Shown here in pieces: positions 63,501 through 64,000 of a stretch of DNA of 64,000 nt (position 1 is the first letter of the stretch; each line of letters opens with the position of its first letter). This DNA is from Chlamydiales bacterium (lineage in GTDB: Bacteria > Chlamydiota > Chlamydiia > Chlamydiales > JAAZZY01): assembly GCA_965206695.1 (NCBI GenBank), contig CBDBKM010000010.1, positions 224,001 through 288,000 on the forward strand, in the 5' to 3' direction. Position numbers and translations under genes: made by a program. A model generated the notes under the pieces. That model made no database searches, was not told the DNA's origin, and worked only from the letters and a program-made list of their open reading frames with translations.

Positions 63501-64000
63501 TTAGGTGGTCGATAAGGCTGCTTTAGTATGAATAAGTCTTCCTAAAGCAAGAGCTTCATTTTCAATATTATTTAATAGACGAACAATCCGATATTTTAAT
63601 GTAGAATGAAAAATCATGGCTATAATCGCCACAATTAAACCGGCAACAGTGGTTCCAATAGCGATGCCTAGACCATCAAATATAGCTGTAATACTTTCTG
63701 CTGTTCTATTGATATCATAAAAAGCGTAAAACATTCCGGTGACAGTACCTAATAATCCCAACATTGGTGCCACTATTGCAATATCATTTAATAAAGACAG
63801 CCGATGCCATAGTGTCGTTCCAAATCGTTTACCTTCGGCTTGCATAGCGTCCATAGTTATTTGAGGTCCGTGATTGCGTGCATGGATACCACAAGCAATA
63901 ATATTTGCTGTGAAATTACTTTCTTGCCGGCACTTCATTAAGGCGGCTTCAAACCTTCTTTCTAATATCTGTTGCTTAACTTGTTTTAAAAATACTTGTG
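63501..64000 (-). CDS. exbB: MotA/TolQ/ExbB proton channel protein (5' end outside the window)
   Basis: APMLGLLGTVTGM, GIAIGTTVAGLIVAI. Confidence 0.85.
   Translation of the reverse strand, partial: QVFLKQVKQQILERRFEAALMKCRQESNFTANIIACGIHARNHGPQITMDAMQAEGKRFGTTLWHRLSLLNDIAIVAPMLGLLGTVTGMFYAFYDINRTAESITAIFDGLGIAIGTTVAGLIVAIIAMIFHSTLKYRIVRLLNNIENEALALGRLIHTKAALSTT

Noticed and set aside
1190..63504. Many short listed ORFs overlapping real genes (e.g. 1190, 8391, 13594, 30744, 40109-41635, 51380, 54824, 57609, 63316)
   Set aside because: Antisense or off-frame shadows of well-supported genes, with no motifs of their own.
1..64000. CRISPR array or cas genes
   Set aside because: No regularly spaced direct repeats; the repeated sequences are IS copies and IS ends. 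The RuvC proteins are IS-associated TnpB, not Cas12.

Overview
An AT-rich chromosomal window from an environmental chlamydia (phylum Chlamydiota). The assignment rests on chlamydia-like gene order: kdsA-lptC-lptA-lptB, the short parE/parC pair, accD-dut-ptsN-ptsN-clpC, and lipoate ligase/CT283-like/gcvH. Housekeeping blocks alternate with dense clusters of insertion sequences and their relics (IS1634, IS30, two IS630 types, IS200/IS605 with TnpB, IS3, IS701, ISNCY, IS982, MITEs), often nested. The most striking signal is a strong excess of CCGG. Paired CTAG/CCGG differences between two near-identical IS605 copies point to a directional mutation or repair bias toward CCGG. Other highlights: (1) an IS605/TnpB family whose TTAT target is readable at five left ends, plus a gene-less mini-element keeping the omega-RNA end; (2) a SET-domain gene with NUMOD3-like motifs that rejoins in frame when the IS605 is removed; (3) a Maf-MORN-Maf-patatin-patatin cluster whose two patatins have each lost a different catalytic residue, plus an orphan pseB; (4) a CX5R phosphatase-like gene beside four tandem paralogous lipoproteins; (5) small, strongly promoted paralogous genes; (6) a C5-methyltransferase relic in a foreign islet. 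One tRNA-Arg(UCU). No CRISPR array seen. All calls come from motif recognition by eye; no database search was run.
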